Positions 12,309-13,145 of a DNA stretch of 13,145 bases are shown in pieces. The position numbers and the translations under genes are program-made. The first letter of the stretch is position 1. Every line of letters begins with the position of its first letter. Source of the DNA: a virus; IMG/VR virus record IMGVR_UViG_3300005460_000112, positions 1 through 13,145 of that record; one strand, 5' to 3'. The notes below the pieces were generated by a model. The model did not search any database and was not told the DNA's origin. It was given only the letters and a program-made list of their open reading frames with translations.

Positions 12309-12832
12309 TCCCCTCCATCGACCAAACCATATGCCGGCGCCTCATTGAACGCCTCAAGAGCCTGGGAGCGCTGAACTGCCACATCTTTGAACGGCCCTTC
12401 GACCCACAGTACGCCGCCAACGACATCATCATGTCGGCGATGGGCAACAACGGCGTCGTTCTGGTGTGTCCCGGAGAAGCCGCCGAATACCAGGACGGGC
12501 ACGGACAGACCGCCGTCCCGACCATGTGGCGTCAGTATTTCATCATCGCCGCCATTTATCACAACGCGTCCCTGTTCCCGAAAGAATGCCTGACGCCGGA
12601 TTACTATCTGCGCGCGCTGGGCGACCTGATTGAGGAAACCCTCTGGGACTGGAATCCTTTTCCCTTTGCCGCTTCCGCCTCCATGAAAGGAAAGGTCAAG
12701 GGCCGCTTCGCTTCCTCCGCCCGCATTGACGGCGAGGAACGGCAAATGAACGTTTTGACCGTGGACTACCGCGTCCCGGTCAACATCAACATAAGAAACC
12801 ATCCGCAATTCCATGAACACATCCAAAACTGA
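12305..12832 (+). CDS. Neck / tail-completion-like structural protein (Mu gp37/DUF1834-like or DUF3168-like, tentative)
   Basis: ATG 12305 overlaps the upstream TGA (ATGA). The track start at 12200 lies inside the upstream gene in another frame. The N-terminus MIPSIDQTICRRLIERLKSLGALNCHIF resembles the start of Mu gp37-type proteins. The position is consistent with that call. Confidence 0.5.
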   Translation: MIPSIDQTICRRLIERLKSLGALNCHIFERPFDPQYAANDIIMSAMGNNGVVLVCPGEAAEYQDGHGQTAVPTMWRQYFIIAAIYHNASLFPKECLTPDYYLRALGDLIEETLWDWNPFPFAASASMKGKVKGRFASSARIDGEERQMNVLTVDYRVPVNINIRNHPQFHEHIQN

Positions 12833-13145
12833 CAAGAAGGCCGTGCGGAAGAACGTCCCCAAACCGGACGAACCCCGCGAAACCGCCGACAAAACGCCGG
12901 CAACGCCGGACGAAAAGAAGAAAACCACTGACAAGAAGGCCGTGCGGAAGAGCGCCCCCAAACCGGACGAACCCCGCGAAACCGCCGACAAAACGCCGGC
13001 AACGCCGGACGAAAAGAAGAAAACCACTGACAAGAAGGCCGTGCGGAAGAGCGCCCCGAAGCCGGACGAATCTTCCGAAACCGCCGGCAAAACGCCGTCC
13101 GCACCGGACGAGAAGAAGAAAACAACTGACAAGAAGGCCGTGCGG
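12813..13145 (+). CDS. 5' part of an ORF encoding 33-aa K/P/D/E/T-rich tandem repeats; the 3' end lies outside the window
   Basis: ATG 12813 is in frame 3 and overlaps the upstream gene by 20 nt. The frame is open for 111 codons to the window edge, so it is missing from the track. Translation: MNTSK[TDKKAVRKNVPKPDEPRETADKTPATPDEKKKT][TDKKAVRKSAPKPDEPRETADKTPATPDEKKKT][TDKKAVRKSAPKPDESSETAGKTPSAPDEKKKT]TDKKAVR... Confidence 0.7.
   Translation, partial: MNTSKTDKKAVRKNVPKPDEPRETADKTPATPDEKKKTTDKKAVRKSAPKPDEPRETADKTPATPDEKKKTTDKKAVRKSAPKPDESSETAGKTPSAPDEKKKTTDKKAVR
12828..13145 (+). repeat. 99-bp perfect-phase tandem repeat, at least 3.2 copies, continuing past the window edge
   Basis: Units lie at 12828-12926, 12927-13025 and 13026-13124, with a partial unit at 13125-13145. 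Units 1 and 2 differ at 2 of 99 nt. Units 2 and 3 differ at 13 of 99 nt (hand alignment). The period is a multiple of 3 and is in frame with ATG 12813. Confidence 0.95.

Noticed and set aside
12278-13132. 284-aa and 119-aa minus-strand ORFs with internal repeats
   Set aside because: Their periodicity is simply the reverse complement of the 99-bp repeat. They also overlap the well-placed plus-strand gene 12305..12832, and the plus frame fits the operon orientation and the overlapping start.
12828-13145. Possible CRISPR array because of regular repeats
   Set aside because: The units are contiguous with no spacers. The period is 99 bp, there is no palindromic repeat core, and the units are in phase with an open reading frame.

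Overview
This window is a fragment of a tailed-phage or prophage genome with a Mu-like head-morphogenesis module. No integrase, transposase, att site, tRNA, rRNA or CRISPR array is visible. From left to right there are three blocks. (1) Three plus-strand genes: the 3' end of a Dam-type adenine methylase, an MmcB-like PD-(D/E)xK nuclease-fold gene, and a 337-aa DNA-binding or replication-like gene. (2) A leftward accessory cassette of six small genes (1741-3996). Several are clearly AT-richer than the rest of the window. It includes a pentapeptide-repeat protein, several acidic proteins of unknown family, and two paralogous Cro/Aca-like HTH domains. (3) A long rightward late operon: TerS, TerL, a DUF935/Mu gp29-like portal, a Mu gpI-like protease-scaffold, a DUF2190-like decoration protein, the major capsid protein, a Mu gp36/DUF1320-like connector, a Mu F-like protein with an unassigned C-terminal half, a Mu G-like protein and a neck/tail-completion-like protein. 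The operon ends with the 5' part of an ORF built from near-identical 99-bp (33-aa) tandem repeats that runs off the window. Most genes lack Shine-Dalgarno sequences and have A/C-rich leaders. The best candidates for something new are five. First, the leftward cassette, where a small unknown protein is followed by the same HTH domain twice, which suggests an anti-defence or TA island. Second, a ~45-bp regulatory element present in two copies, one of them pointing antisense into the cassette. Third, TerS and TerL share a frame and are separated by one TAA, and TerL has no canonical start codon. Fourth, the Mu F/G genes are displaced and Mu F carries a C-terminal extension. Fifth, the repeat ORF at the right edge. 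All functional calls come from reading the translations by eye and from memory of the families. No searches were run.
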